A stretch of 64,000 nt of DNA from Acidobacteriota bacterium (GTDB taxonomy: Bacteria > Acidobacteriota > UBA890 > WLXD01), in contig CBDFKD010000002.1 of assembly GCA_965248695.1 (NCBI GenBank), forward strand, positions 3,872,001 to 3,936,000, given 5' to 3'. The notes below the pieces were generated by a model, which had not been told where the DNA came from, ran no database searches, and worked only from the letters and a program-made list of their open reading frames with translations. The position numbers and the translations under genes were made by a program. Of this stretch, positions 1 to 10,275 are shown piece after piece (the first letter of the stretch is position 1; the number at the start of each line of letters is the position of its first letter).

Positions 1-1
1 G

Positions 2-499
2 ATCGTGCCGGGCTGGTACGGCGTGGCGCAGGTGAAGTGGCTCAATCAGATCCACGTGCAAACGGACCGATTCATGGGCAAGTTCATGGCTCGTGAGTAC
101 GTCACGCTGACCGCCGAGCAGGTGGGCGAGAGCGTCAAGTACACCGAGACGTCGATCACTCGCATTCAGCTGAAGTCGGCGATCGCGAAAGTCACCCGCG
201 GCGCGGGCCATCACACGATTCACGGCTTCGCGCTCAACGACGGCACGCCGCTGCGTTCGGTCGAGGTGAAGGTCGACGATGGTCCCTGGCGGCCGGCTAC
301 CCTCGATGAGCGCAACACGAAGTACTCATGGAAGCTCTTCTCGGTTCGCTGGGAAGGCGCCACGCCCGGAGAGCACACGATCGTGTCGCGCGCTACGGAT
401 GTGAACGGCACGGTGCAACCGGTGCTGGGAGATCTGGCCGAGAAGCGCACTAGCTGGGAGAACAACGCCCAGTTCGCCCGCACCGTGATGATCTCCTGA
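2..499 (+). CDS. Sulfite oxidase / SoxC-like molybdopterin oxidoreductase, C-terminal part (runs in from before the window)
   Basis: IVPGWYGVAQVKWL motif followed by a Moco dimerisation-type domain (VEVKVDDGPW...W...GEHTIVSRATD..G..QP); frame is open from the window edge. Confidence 0.8.
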   Translation: MVPGWYGVAQVKWLNQIHVQTDRFMGKFMAREYVTLTAEQVGESVKYTETSITRIQLKSAIAKVTRGAGHHTIHGFALNDGTPLRSVEVKVDDGPWRPATLDERNTKYSWKLFSVRWEGATPGEHTIVSRATDVNGTVQPVLGDLAEKRTSWENNAQFARTVMIS

Positions 500-595
500 T
501 GCCGAGATTTCGGAACACCGCGTTCGGCAGGCCTACGCGGTAACCGCGCTGCTGTCGTGCCTTTCGACTCAACCCTGACGCTTGGTGGAGTTCCG

Positions 596-1015
596 TCACC
601 GAGCGTCCCGGAACGGATCCGCGATGCAAACGCCGTCGAAGTTCTGCCCGTGGCTCAGATCCTCGGTGAGGACCTCGTCGCACCGAAGAGACCGCGCAGC
701 CTCGATGATTGCGGCGTCCCATAGCGATATCTTCCACCGCTGACAGGCTCGAATGGCGCGCAACAGCAGCGGCGCCGTCATCTCTTGGATTGGGAATCGC
801 ATCCACCCCTGAACGAACACTGTCGCCGCATCGTGGGACAGGCGGCACCCCCCTAGGGGATGCGTCGCACGCGCGTAGAACTCCTTGAGCACCTGGACTG
901 ACAAGCACAGATCGCGCGCTCGTAGAACCTCTTGCGCCCTACAACGCTTGGCGTCCTCATTAGCCCGGATGCTGGTCGCGTAGAGGAGAATGTTGGTATC
1001 AACGAAACGCATCAC
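596..1015 (-). CDS. PIN-domain (VapC-like) toxin
   Basis: FVDTNILLY, QVLKEF, SLWDAAI, LTEDLSHGQ and terminal DPF are typical PIN motifs; overlaps the end of the upstream antitoxin. Confidence 0.88.
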   Translation of the reverse strand: MMRFVDTNILLYATSIRANEDAKRCRAQEVLRARDLCLSVQVLKEFYARATHPLGGCRLSHDAATVFVQGWMRFPIQEMTAPLLLRAIRACQRWKISLWDAAIIEAARSLRCDEVLTEDLSHGQNFDGVCIADPFRDAR

Positions 1016-1253
1016 GGTCGTGTAGTTGCTCGCGCGTCATGCGCTTGGAGGTGTCGATCCCTCCTCCTTCACGATCAAGCTTGGCGAACATCTGTTCCTG
1101 TAGCTGGAAGAGTCTGTCGAACTCGTCCTCGTCATGCGCCAGTCCTTCCAGGAACCCGCGCACGAGGGCGCTTACGGAGGTGCTTTTCCGTGCTGCGGCG
1201 ACGCGGGCGGCGCGGTAGACGTCATCTGGGACGGCCAAGGTTATGTTTTTCAC
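999..1253 (-). CDS. Ribbon-helix-helix-type antitoxin, 84 aa
   Basis: GTG at 1253 opens VKNITLAVPDDVYRAARVAAARKSTSVSALVRGFL...MTREQLHDR (the tail of track ORF 999..2114); directly upstream of the PIN gene. Confidence 0.8.
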   Translation of the reverse strand: MKNITLAVPDDVYRAARVAAARKSTSVSALVRGFLEGLAHDEDEFDRLFQLQEQMFAKLDREGGGIDTSKRMTREQLHDRDAFR

Positions 1254-1267
1254 AGTTACACAGTCTA
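1251..1267 (-). promoter_or_regulatory. Candidate -10 box and short direct repeat for a leaderless or near-leaderless TA transcript
   Basis: Minus strand reads TAGACT-gtgtaact-GTG; ACTGTG occurs twice; no Shine-Dalgarno seen. Confidence 0.35.
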
Positions 1268-1415
1268 CGATCACCGCTTTGCCCCCGACAAGCTGCTCAG
1301 CCATCCTTTCTTTGGCAGCGCGCACGTGTTTGTCCCGCGGCAGCCTGGCGGCAGATCTGCCACAATCGCCTCGGCCGCTGAACGATCCGTTGCACCAACA
1401 CGAGGCGCCGTCACA

Positions 1416-2819
1416 ATGAGACGACCCTGGGCCGTGGTTTTCTTGACGCTGCTGGTGACCACGCCGCTGGTGCAAGCATCCGGCGCGTCGTCGCGATCGA
1501 GCCAGAGCGACCTCGCACTGGAGCTGCTGCGCGAGCTGGTGGAGATTCGCTCCAGCGAGGCGTTTCCGGAGAACACCGCGCGGCTGCTGGAAGGCCTGGC
1601 CAAGCGTCTGGTCGCGGCGGGCTTCGCGGAGGACGAGATCACTTTCGTCGACGCCGGTCGATCCAATCTTGTGGTCCGGTACCCGGGCACTGGCAACCGC
1701 GCGCCGCTGCTGACCATGGCCCACGTGGATGTCGTCGACGCCGATCCGGAATCGTGGCAGGCCGATCCGTTCACCCTGGCCGAGATCGACGGCTACTACT
1801 ACGGCCGCGGAACCACCGACAACAAGGCCGGCGTGGTGGCGCTGGTGGCCAACTTCATCCGCCTGCGGCAGGAGGGCTACGAGCCGGATCGCGATCTCAT
1901 CATGGTGCTCACCGGCAACGAAGAGAGCACCATGGCCGGGATCGAGCACCTGGCTCAACAACGCCGCGAGTTGCTCGACGCCGAGCTTGCCCTGAACACC
2001 GACTCCGGTGGTGGGGTGTTCGATACCAACGGTGAGCCCTCGACCTTCATGATCCAGATGGCAGAGAAGCGTTATCAGACGTTCGAGCTGGAGGCGACGA
2101 ATCCGGGCGGTCACAGCTCACTGCCGCGCCCCGACAATGCGATCTACGATCTCGCCGGTGCGCTCGTGAAGTTGCAGCATTACCAGTTCCCGATCGACGT
2201 CACCGAGATCGCTCGCGAGGGCTTCCGTGTCGCTGGTGAGCGCACGGCTGGCGATGAAGGCGAGCTGCTCCGCGCGGCCGGAACGGAGAACCCGGATCCC
2301 GATGCCCTGCGCCGGCTCGCTGCCGCCGATCCGTGGGCAAACTCGACCATGCGCACCACCTGTGTTGCCACCATGCTGGCGGCGGGCGTGGCCGAGAACG
2401 CCCTGGCGCGTGCCGCCAAGGCGACGGTCAACTGCCGCATTCTTCCCGGGGTAGAGCCGACTCAGGTCATGGCGACGCTGCGGGAGGTGATTGCCGACGA
2501 GTCGATCGACATCCGACCGGTGCAGAGCGGTGGACAGGTAGCCAGCCCACCATCGCCACTTCGCGACGACGTCGTGGAGCCGGTGCGGGAGCTGGTGGAC
2601 GCGATTTGGCCAGGTGCGGTGGTGGCCCCGGAGCAGGCCACCTATGCCACCGACGGCCTGCACGTGCGCAACATAGGTATACCGGTATACGGCGTGTCGG
2701 GGCTATTCGGAGATTTCGGCGATAGCCGTGCCCACGGGCTCGACGAGCGCGTACGCGTCGACGCGTTCCACGACTCGATCGAGTTCTGGTACCGATTGCT
2801 CAAGCGCTTCAGTAGCTGA
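1416..2819 (+). CDS. Secreted M20/M25/M40 family metallopeptidase
   Basis: Signal peptide MRRPWAVVFLTLL; AHVDVV, GRGTTDNK, GNEE, GGHSS and AHGLDER metal/catalytic motifs; start moved from 1134 to ATG 1416. Confidence 0.9.
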   Translation: MRRPWAVVFLTLLVTTPLVQASGASSRSSQSDLALELLRELVEIRSSEAFPENTARLLEGLAKRLVAAGFAEDEITFVDAGRSNLVVRYPGTGNRAPLLTMAHVDVVDADPESWQADPFTLAEIDGYYYGRGTTDNKAGVVALVANFIRLRQEGYEPDRDLIMVLTGNEESTMAGIEHLAQQRRELLDAELALNTDSGGGVFDTNGEPSTFMIQMAEKRYQTFELEATNPGGHSSLPRPDNAIYDLAGALVKLQHYQFPIDVTEIAREGFRVAGERTAGDEGELLRAAGTENPDPDALRRLAAADPWANSTMRTTCVATMLAAGVAENALARAAKATVNCRILPGVEPTQVMATLREVIADESIDIRPVQSGGQVASPPSPLRDDVVEPVRELVDAIWPGAVVAPEQATYATDGLHVRNIGIPVYGVSGLFGDFGDSRAHGLDERVRVDAFHDSIEFWYRLLKRFSS

Positions 2820-2892
2820 GGTGGACCCTGCCGAGCTCCTGTGCCCACGATGCTCGGGGCGAACGGAGCCGACCGATAAGCGGGAGGTAACG

Positions 2893-3849
2893 ATGAGTGT
2901 CAGAACGGCGAGCTGCGCGGTGTTGTCGGCCTTGGTACTTGCGGCCGGGCTCGGCGCAGCGGCAGATGCGCGCGCATCGCAGGAGCCCCTTTTCGTGGTC
3001 CCCGAGATCCAGATACACCGGATGCATTCGGAGCACGTCGACCAGGAGTTCGAGATCCACGTCGGGGTGCCGGTTAGTCGCCGCGACGGCTCGGAGCGTT
3101 TTCCGGTGCTCTATATGACCGATTCGCAGGGCGGGCTGTCGTTCGCTGAAGACACGCGCCTCATGCAGACTCTCGGGGATCTAAAGAGCTTCATCATGGT
3201 CGGCATCGGCTACCCCGGCGAGAACCTGCTCAGCGGCATGCGTGTGCGTTGGCGAGATCTCACGCAGGCGGAGTACTCCGGCGAGCCCATCCCGGACGTC
3301 TGGGACGCCGTGGTGCCAGGTGTGCTGGCGGCGACCGACAAGGAATCGGGGGGCGCACCAGAGTTCCTGCGCTTTCTCCGCGATGAGCTGGTTCCTTTCA
3401 TCGATGCGAACTACCCGACTGTTCCGGGCGACCGCGGCTACTGGGGCGACTCACTCGGTGGTCTGTTTGGCCTCTACGCGATGTTTACCGAGCCGGATGT
3501 CTTCAACCGCTACATCATCGGTAGCCCGTCGATCTGGTGGAACGACGAGCTCCTCCTGCAGCAGGCGGAGGAGTTCATCGCCCACAACGACGAGCTTCAC
3601 GCCAAGGTGTTCATGGCGGTCGGAGGCCTGGAGGAGCTTGCCGGCGAAGACGCCGCCTTCCGGATGGTTACCAACGTCGGCCGGTTGGAGCGCATGCTGC
3701 TCGACGCGGATCTCGAAGGCCTCGAGCTCTCGACGCACGTTTTCGGCGACGAGACGCACCTAACGGTCTTTCCACTCAACTACCACCGCGGCGTACAGAT
3801 GGTCTACGGTCGTGGGCGGAACATCTTCGAAGCTCTTAGCGAGCAGTAA
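2893..3849 (+). CDS. Secreted alpha/beta hydrolase (IroE/Fes-like putative esterase)
   Basis: GGAGG SD before ATG 2893; signal peptide; FPVLYMTD, GDSLGG nucleophile elbow, SPSIWW, ETH. Confidence 0.85.
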   Translation: MSVRTASCAVLSALVLAAGLGAAADARASQEPLFVVPEIQIHRMHSEHVDQEFEIHVGVPVSRRDGSERFPVLYMTDSQGGLSFAEDTRLMQTLGDLKSFIMVGIGYPGENLLSGMRVRWRDLTQAEYSGEPIPDVWDAVVPGVLAATDKESGGAPEFLRFLRDELVPFIDANYPTVPGDRGYWGDSLGGLFGLYAMFTEPDVFNRYIIGSPSIWWNDELLLQQAEEFIAHNDELHAKVFMAVGGLEELAGEDAAFRMVTNVGRLERMLLDADLEGLELSTHVFGDETHLTVFPLNYHRGVQMVYGRGRNIFEALSEQ

Positions 3850-3863
3850 ACAGGAGAACAGCA

Positions 3864-5864
3864 ATGTCGAAGACCGATCGTGAGCTCGGGATGGACCGGG
3901 AGATCAGCCGACGCGATTTCCTCAACGGCACAAGCGTTGCCATCGGCGGTGCCAGCGCAGTTGGCGCCACCGGCCTGGCGGCATCGACGGCCCGTGCCAG
4001 CGAGTCGGCCGGCGCGCCTGGCCTGACTGCCGAGGAGCCGGGAGAGTACTACCCACCGCGGCTCATGGGAATGCGCGGCAGCCATGAGGGCTCTTTCGAG
4101 GTAGCGCACGAGATGCGCTACGGCAAGACCTGGGACAACGCCGAGAACACCGGCGAGAGCTACGACCTGATCGTCGTCGGTGCCGGGCTCAGCGGGCTGG
4201 CCGCAGCGTACTTCTTCCGTAAGGCGCTGCCAGAGGCGAAGATCCTCCTGCTCGACAACCACGACGATTTCGGCGGTCACGCCAAGCGCAACGAGTTCAC
4301 CCTCGACGGCCGGCGCATCATCGGCTACGGCGGCACGATGATGATCCACGGCAAGAACAGTTATACGTACGAAGGCAAGTCGCTGCTGGAGGACATCGGC
4401 ATCGACGGTCCGCGTTTTCTGCGCAAGACCGAGCCCGATCGTAGCCTCTACAGTCGCATGGGCCTGGGCTCGGCCACCTTCTTCGACCGCGAGACCTTCG
4501 GTGCCGACCAGCTGGTGATCGGTCGGCCGAGGCGCAGCACGGAGCCCGACGAAGGCGGCACGCTCACCTGGGAGGAGTTCCTCGCCAAGACGCCGATGAC
4601 CGAGGCCGTCAAGAAGGACATGCTGCGCCTCTACGAGGACAAGCGCGACTACCTGCCCGGCTTGACGCCGGGGGAGAAGAAGGAGCGTTTGCGCCGGATC
4701 AGCTATCAGGACTACCTGCTCGAAGTGGTGAAAGCCGATCCGGGAGTCCTTCCGTACTTCATGCGGCTATCGCTCGGTGGCTCCAACGGCGCTGCTGGAA
4801 TCGACTCGTACAGCGCCTGGGGCGCGCTGCGGAGCGGCCGGTACCCGGCGCTGGACGGCCTGGGGCTCGAGCGCCCGTTGCGCAGCTGGCTGCCCGACGA
4901 CGACTTCGGCGAGAGCATCCACTTCCCGGATGGCAACGCCGGCGTCGCCCGCCTGATGGTCCGCTGGCTCAACCCGGCGGCACTTCCCGGCACCACGATG
5001 GAGGACTCGGTCACGCAGCCGGTGCGCTACGACAAGGTCGATGATCCAGCCAGCGCGGTGCGGATTCGCCTCAACAGCACGGTGGTGAACGTCGAGCACG
5101 TCGGCGAACGGCGATCCGCCAGCGAGGTCGAGGTGACGTACGTCCGCGACGGCAAGGCGTACCGAGCTCGCGGCAGCACCTGCGTGATGGCCTGCTACAA
5201 CGCCATGATCCCCTACCTGTGTCCGGAGTTTCCGGAGGAGCAGAAGGCAGCGCTGAAGATGGCGGTCCGCCAGCCGCTCGTCTACACCAACGTTCTGCTG
5301 CGCAACTGGAAGGCCTGGGCCGATCTGGGGATCCAGAGCTTCTACGCGCCGAGCGGATATCACACCAACACCAGTCTCGACTACGCCATCAGCCTCGGCG
5401 ACTACGTGTGCGCGCGCACCCCGGACGAACCGATGGTGCTGCATCTGAAGCGTGTGCCGATCGCTCCCGGGATGCCGGCGCGCGATCAGTTCCGCGCTGG
5501 TCGCGAAGACCTGCAGTCGACGCCGTTCGAGGTCTTCGAGCGCAACATCCGCGACGACCTCGGCCGCGCCCTGGCCGACGGTGGCTTCGACTCCGCCCGC
5601 GACATCGCGGCAATCACCGTCAATCGCTGGCCGCACGGATATGCCGGCGGTGCCAACGACCTGTACGACCCGGACTGGGGCTACGACGAGGTTCCCTGGG
5701 TTGTCGGGCGTCAGCGGTTCGGCCGCATCACGGTGGCCAACTCCGACGCCGCCGCAACCTGCCTGACCCACGCCGCCATCGATCAGGGGCACCGAGCGGT
5801 GCAGGAGCTTCTCGGCGACGTTCTGCGGCCGGAGTTCCAGTATCCCTGGGCCGAGCGCACCTGA
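3864..5864 (+). CDS. Tat-exported FAD-dependent oxidoreductase, spermidine dehydrogenase (SpdH)-like
   Basis: ISRRDFLNG Tat motif; YYPP.L.GMRGSHEGSFE; VVGAGLSGL; DNHDDFGGHAKRNEF; HFPDGNA; ITVNRWPHGYA. Confidence 0.82.
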   Translation: MSKTDRELGMDREISRRDFLNGTSVAIGGASAVGATGLAASTARASESAGAPGLTAEEPGEYYPPRLMGMRGSHEGSFEVAHEMRYGKTWDNAENTGESYDLIVVGAGLSGLAAAYFFRKALPEAKILLLDNHDDFGGHAKRNEFTLDGRRIIGYGGTMMIHGKNSYTYEGKSLLEDIGIDGPRFLRKTEPDRSLYSRMGLGSATFFDRETFGADQLVIGRPRRSTEPDEGGTLTWEEFLAKTPMTEAVKKDMLRLYEDKRDYLPGLTPGEKKERLRRISYQDYLLEVVKADPGVLPYFMRLSLGGSNGAAGIDSYSAWGALRSGRYPALDGLGLERPLRSWLPDDDFGESIHFPDGNAGVARLMVRWLNPAALPGTTMEDSVTQPVRYDKVDDPASAVRIRLNSTVVNVEHVGERRSASEVEVTYVRDGKAYRARGSTCVMACYNAMIPYLCPEFPEEQKAALKMAVRQPLVYTNVLLRNWKAWADLGIQSFYAPSGYHTNTSLDYAISLGDYVCARTPDEPMVLHLKRVPIAPGMPARDQFRAGREDLQSTPFEVFERNIRDDLGRALADGGFDSARDIAAITVNRWPHGYAGGANDLYDPDWGYDEVPWVVGRQRFGRITVANSDAAATCLTHAAIDQGHRAVQELLGDVLRPEFQYPWAERT

Positions 5865-5866
5865 GC

Positions 5867-7876
5867 GTGACCGCGGTCAAACTGGTCGTTGTCGCTGCCC
5901 TGGCGGGCGCACTCCCCCAGCAGGCCGGCGGCCCTGACGTTGCAGCGAGCCTGACCGTCGAGCCGTCGGAGGTGCGCCTCAAGGTTGGCGAGACCCGCTC
6001 CCTGCAGGTGATCGTCACCGACTCAGGCGGCGAACCGGTTCCGGAGGCCGGCGTGGTGTTCCTGTCGCTGGCGCCGCGCAGCCTCAGCGTCGACGCCGAT
6101 GGTGTGCTGAGCGCCGTTCAGCCCGGTATCCATACGGTTCTCATCCGCTTACCGCTGATAGCGGTAGCCGCCGATGGTGCTGAGCTCCCGCCGCTGGAGG
6201 CCCGCGTTTCCGTCATGGTGCCGAGCCCGGCGATCACCGCGGTCGAGTTCGTCGGCCCGCCGACACGCTTCTACGAGGACACCACGGTCCGGCTCGACAC
6301 GTCCGTCATGGATGCGTCCGGGATGCTCGTCGATGCCGACGTGGAATTGCGTAGCAGCAACCCGCAGGTCGCCGAGGCGGGTCGGTTCGGGAGAGTGAAG
6401 CTGCTGGCGCCGGGAAACGTGACCATCACAGCCAGCGTGAGCGATGTTGTGGAGGGGGCAAGCGGGACGCTTGCCATCGAGGTGGAGACCAACCCGACGG
6501 AATCGGTTCGCCTGCGGGCCTCGGCGCTGGAGGCTCGAACCGGCGACGTCATCCATTTCGCAGCAGAGGCGCTCGATGCCGCCGGCGATCCGGTGCTGGC
6601 TCCGGTGGAGTACGTGTTCAGCGCTCGCACAACCGAGCATGAGCGCGGCGATCCCGGATCCGGGATCATGGCTCCTGACGGGCGCTTCGTCGCCGATCTG
6701 CCGGGCGAGTACACCATCATGGCGATCTCGGGGGCGCACCACGCACAGCAGCAGGTCACTGTTCGGCCGCGTGAAGCCAAGCGTGAGATCGAGCTCGTTG
6801 GTCAGGGCCGGGTGACCGATCGAGGCACCTCCGATCTGTGGGTGTGGGAGGGCACCGACGGACGCGACTACGCCATCACCGGCACCTGGGGGGCTGACGG
6901 CCAGGCCTTCATGTGGGACGTCACCGACCCGAGCGCCATCACCAGGATCGACTCGGTACGGATCGACGCCCGCACGGTCAACGACGTCAAGGTCTCAGAG
7001 GACGGCCGCGTCGCCGTGCTCACCCGCGAAGGCGCATCGAATCGTCGCAACGGAATCGTGATCCTCGACGTCTCCTCCCCGCAGGACGGCATGCGTATCC
7101 TGTCGAGCTACGACCAGCACCTCACCGGCGGCGTACACAACGCGTTCGTCTACGACGATCACGTCTACGCGGTCGGCGCGGGTCAGTACTATGAGATCAT
7201 CAATATCGAGGACCCACGCAACCCCTACCGGGTAGCGCGCTTCGAGCTCGATACGCCAGGGCACGCAATCCACGACGTCTGGGTCGAGGACGGCATCGCC
7301 TATTCCTCCAACTGGGACGATGGCGTCGTCGCCGTCGATGTCGGTGGGGGCGGCCAGGGAGGCTCGCCGCGCAACCCGGTGATGCTTGGCAGCACCACGC
7401 ACCCGAGTGGCTGGAACCACGCGGCGTTGCCGTTCCACAGCAAGTCCGCGAACCGGTTCTACATGATTGCCGGTGACGAGGCGGTGATGCGTGGCGGTCA
7501 GCCGGGGAGCCCCGACGAGCGCGAACGGCAGCGCGGCTGGGTCCACTTCGTCGAGTGGGACGACTGGGGTGAGCCGCGAGAGGTGGCCCGCTACAAGGTC
7601 CCTGAGGGCGGCAGCCACAATCTCTGGGTGCACGACGAGGTTCTCTATATCGCGTACATCCAGGGCGGACTACGGGCGGTGGATATCTCCGGCGAGTTGA
7701 TGGGCGACCTGTACCGACAGGGACGCGAGATCGGCTACTTCCTGCCGTTCGACCCCGAGGGCTACTTCCCCAACGCGGTGTTCAGCTGGGGCCCTCAGTA
7801 TCACAAGGGCAACGTCTTCTTCACCGACTTCTACTCCGGCCTCTGGGCCGTGCGGCTGGGGTCGAAGGCGGAATAG
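5867..7876 (+). CDS. Secreted Ig-like (Big_2) plus LVIVD-repeat beta-propeller protein
   Basis: GTG just after the upstream stop; signal-like N-terminus; SSNPQVA Ig motif; repeats IVILDVSSP, IINIEDP, VVAVDV, LRAVDIS with HN/HD blade motifs. Confidence 0.78.
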   Translation: MTAVKLVVVAALAGALPQQAGGPDVAASLTVEPSEVRLKVGETRSLQVIVTDSGGEPVPEAGVVFLSLAPRSLSVDADGVLSAVQPGIHTVLIRLPLIAVAADGAELPPLEARVSVMVPSPAITAVEFVGPPTRFYEDTTVRLDTSVMDASGMLVDADVELRSSNPQVAEAGRFGRVKLLAPGNVTITASVSDVVEGASGTLAIEVETNPTESVRLRASALEARTGDVIHFAAEALDAAGDPVLAPVEYVFSARTTEHERGDPGSGIMAPDGRFVADLPGEYTIMAISGAHHAQQQVTVRPREAKREIELVGQGRVTDRGTSDLWVWEGTDGRDYAITGTWGADGQAFMWDVTDPSAITRIDSVRIDARTVNDVKVSEDGRVAVLTREGASNRRNGIVILDVSSPQDGMRILSSYDQHLTGGVHNAFVYDDHVYAVGAGQYYEIINIEDPRNPYRVARFELDTPGHAIHDVWVEDGIAYSSNWDDGVVAVDVGGGGQGGSPRNPVMLGSTTHPSGWNHAALPFHSKSANRFYMIAGDEAVMRGGQPGSPDERERQRGWVHFVEWDDWGEPREVARYKVPEGGSHNLWVHDEVLYIAYIQGGLRAVDISGELMGDLYRQGREIGYFLPFDPEGYFPNAVFSWGPQYHKGNVFFTDFYSGLWAVRLGSKAE

Positions 7877-8032
7877 GACGCCGGATCGACCCATACGGTC
7901 TCCGGACCCAACCCACGCGCCTACCCGCTTCCGTGGAAAGAACTCCGGCAATGCGGTATGAAATGGGAGCACTCCGGTTGTGTCCCAGGACATCCTCGGT
8001 CGTCGCGGGGCGCTGCGAACAGGAGGTTCCCC

Positions 8033-8776
8033 ATGAAATCTGTCCTTTTGCCGGTCGCTTTCGCCACCGCCTTGCTCACCGGCTGCGCGCCGGCAACCGA
8101 GTCATCGGCCCCCGAGCCGGAGCCTGCCATTGACCCGGCGGCAACCATCGGCGTGACCTACCCGGGCCGCGACGTTCCCAGGCCCGAGGTCGTGTTCGAG
8201 AACGAATACGTGATCGTCCAGCAGCTGCTCACCCAACCCGGGGTGTGGAGCGGCGTGCACGGTCACGCCGGCAACCAGTTCGGAGTCAGCTTCGGCGCCG
8301 GCGTGACGCAGACCGTCACCGACAGCGAAGAAACGACGACAACTCGCGCAGCGGACGAGTTCTTCTGGATCGCGGCGGTGGAATCCCATAACCACCGGCA
8401 GACCAGCGAGGAGCCACGCTACGTGTACGTGGTAACGATCAAGCGCTCCCCCAGCTATGTGATGGGCACCGACCCCGCGGCCGTGACGTTCGAGGGTTAC
8501 CCGAATGATGCGGGCGAGCTCGTGATCGACAACGAGATGGCGATCGTCCGGCGCTTCGACACCGAGCCCGAGTACTGGACGGGCCTCCACAGCCACGACG
8601 GCAACGAGATGGCGATCATGCTCACCGACGCGACCGTGATGTACGAGGTAGGTGAGGAACGGCGCGAGGTCTCTTTCGCGGCGCGCGACACCATCTGGAC
8701 GGACGCTGGCGTCGAGCACGACCACGGCAACACCGGGGACTCGACGATGAGCTTCTACGTGATCAAGCTGCGGTAG
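8033..8776 (+). CDS. Bicupin lipoprotein
   Basis: AGGAGG SD; lipobox LTGC; two cupin-like repeats (FENE...GVHGH...HNH and IDNE...GLHSH...HDH). Confidence 0.75.
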   Translation: MKSVLLPVAFATALLTGCAPATESSAPEPEPAIDPAATIGVTYPGRDVPRPEVVFENEYVIVQQLLTQPGVWSGVHGHAGNQFGVSFGAGVTQTVTDSEETTTTRAADEFFWIAAVESHNHRQTSEEPRYVYVVTIKRSPSYVMGTDPAAVTFEGYPNDAGELVIDNEMAIVRRFDTEPEYWTGLHSHDGNEMAIMLTDATVMYEVGEERREVSFAARDTIWTDAGVEHDHGNTGDSTMSFYVIKLR

Positions 8777-8881
8777 GACGCGGCACAGAGCTACCAGGAG
8801 CGTGGGCGCCTCGATCATTGGCGGCATGGCCGCGCCTGCCTGCGGTCCCACCCAAGTCGAGGTCCGCGCTACACTCCGCCG

Positions 8882-10234
8882 ATGCAGTCTTTCGTTTGCC
8901 TTTGCGTTCTGCTCGGACTCGGGCACCTGGTGCGCACGCGCTGGCGGGCCCTACAGACGCTCTACCTCCCTTCCTGCGTCATCGGTGGGTTGCTGGGGTT
9001 GGCTATCTTGCAAACTGGCCGCGTCGCCGGCTATCCGCTTCCCGACGCGTGGACGGCAGGATGGAGCGCGCTGCCCGGGCTGCTGATCAACGTAGTCTTC
9101 GCCTGCCTGTTCCTCGGCGTGACCCTCCCCAGCTTGTCGACGTTGTGGCGCACCGCAGGTCTGCAGCTCGCCTACGGGCAGCTCGTCGCCTGGGGGCAGT
9201 ACGTGGTCGGCATCGGCCTGGTGCTGGCGATTCTGGGTCCGATGTTCGGCCTCCCGGACCTGTTCGGTGGCATCCTGCCGGTGGGCTTCGAGGGCGGCCA
9301 CGGTACCGCCGGCGGTTTGGCCCCGGTGTTCACCGACCTGGGCTGGGACGAGGGCAGGGACTTCGCGCTCGCTGCGGCAACCGGCGGCATCCTCGGGGCG
9401 ATCATCGTCGGCATGGGCCTGGTGAACTGGGCGGTCCGTCGCGGTTACACCGAGGTCAAGCGACCGTCCGCCGACCTGAGTGCCGATGAAGCCGCCGGAT
9501 TCCTGCCCACCACGGAGCGCCCGATCGCGGGTCGGTTAACGGTCAACACCGACGCCGTCGAATCGTTGAGCCTCCACCTGGTGATCGTCGGGGTGGCCAT
9601 CCTGTTCGGCATGCTCCTGAAGGAAGGCCTGCTGATCGTGGAGTCGGCGATTCCGGGGATGGCGCAGTATCGGCTGCTGGCGAGCTTCCCGCTGTTCCCG
9701 CTGTGCATGATGGGTGGTCTCCTCATCCAGTGGTGGGAGGACAACTACGATCGCCACGACCTCATCGATCTCGGCCTGATGCGCCGGATCCAGAACTCCG
9801 CGCTCGATTTCCTCGTCATTGCCGCAATCGCCACCATCCGGCTGGAGGTGGTCGCCACCGGACTGACCCCACTACTGATCCTGATCTTCGCCGGCATCCT
9901 ATGGAACGTGTTCTGTGTGATGTTCCTGGCGCGACGCGTATTCAAGGACGCCTGGTTCGAGCGCAGCATCGCCGAGATGGGGCAGTCGATGGGGGTCACG
10001 GCGACCGGGCTCCTGTTGCTCCGCGTCGTGGATCCCGACTACGAGTCGTCGGCGGCCAAGGCCTTCGCTGGCAAGCAGTTGCTGCACGAGCCCATCATGG
10101 GTGGCGGCCTTTGGACCGGCGCCGCCATCCCGCTGATCGGTGTGCTCGGGGGATTGCCGGTACTGGGCATCTGCGTCGCCGCCATGGCATTCTGGCTCGC
10201 CGTGCTCTTCGGGCCGCGGCTAGTCGGTCGTTAG
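8882..10234 (+). CDS. Sodium/glutamate symporter (GltS/ESS family)
   Basis: LPSCVIGG, GFEGGHGTAGG and GQSMGVTATGLLLLRVVDP motifs; multi-pass hydrophobic protein. Confidence 0.88.
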   Translation: MQSFVCLCVLLGLGHLVRTRWRALQTLYLPSCVIGGLLGLAILQTGRVAGYPLPDAWTAGWSALPGLLINVVFACLFLGVTLPSLSTLWRTAGLQLAYGQLVAWGQYVVGIGLVLAILGPMFGLPDLFGGILPVGFEGGHGTAGGLAPVFTDLGWDEGRDFALAAATGGILGAIIVGMGLVNWAVRRGYTEVKRPSADLSADEAAGFLPTTERPIAGRLTVNTDAVESLSLHLVIVGVAILFGMLLKEGLLIVESAIPGMAQYRLLASFPLFPLCMMGGLLIQWWEDNYDRHDLIDLGLMRRIQNSALDFLVIAAIATIRLEVVATGLTPLLILIFAGILWNVFCVMFLARRVFKDAWFERSIAEMGQSMGVTATGLLLLRVVDPDYESSAAKAFAGKQLLHEPIMGGGLWTGAAIPLIGVLGGLPVLGICVAAMAFWLAVLFGPRLVGR

Positions 10235-10275
10235 ACGAGCCTGGCGGCGCCGTCGGCCACCTGTCAGGAGCGTAA

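Noticed and set aside
596-1253. TA pair as a marker of a mobile element or defence island
   Set aside because: No integrase, transposase, att repeat or defence gene nearby
999-2114. 371-aa minus-strand ORF and the many other long antisense ORFs (e.g. 17029..18462, 49969..51483, 51813..53054)
   Set aside because: Shadow frames of real genes in GC-rich DNA; only the last 84 aa of 999..2114 looks like a real protein
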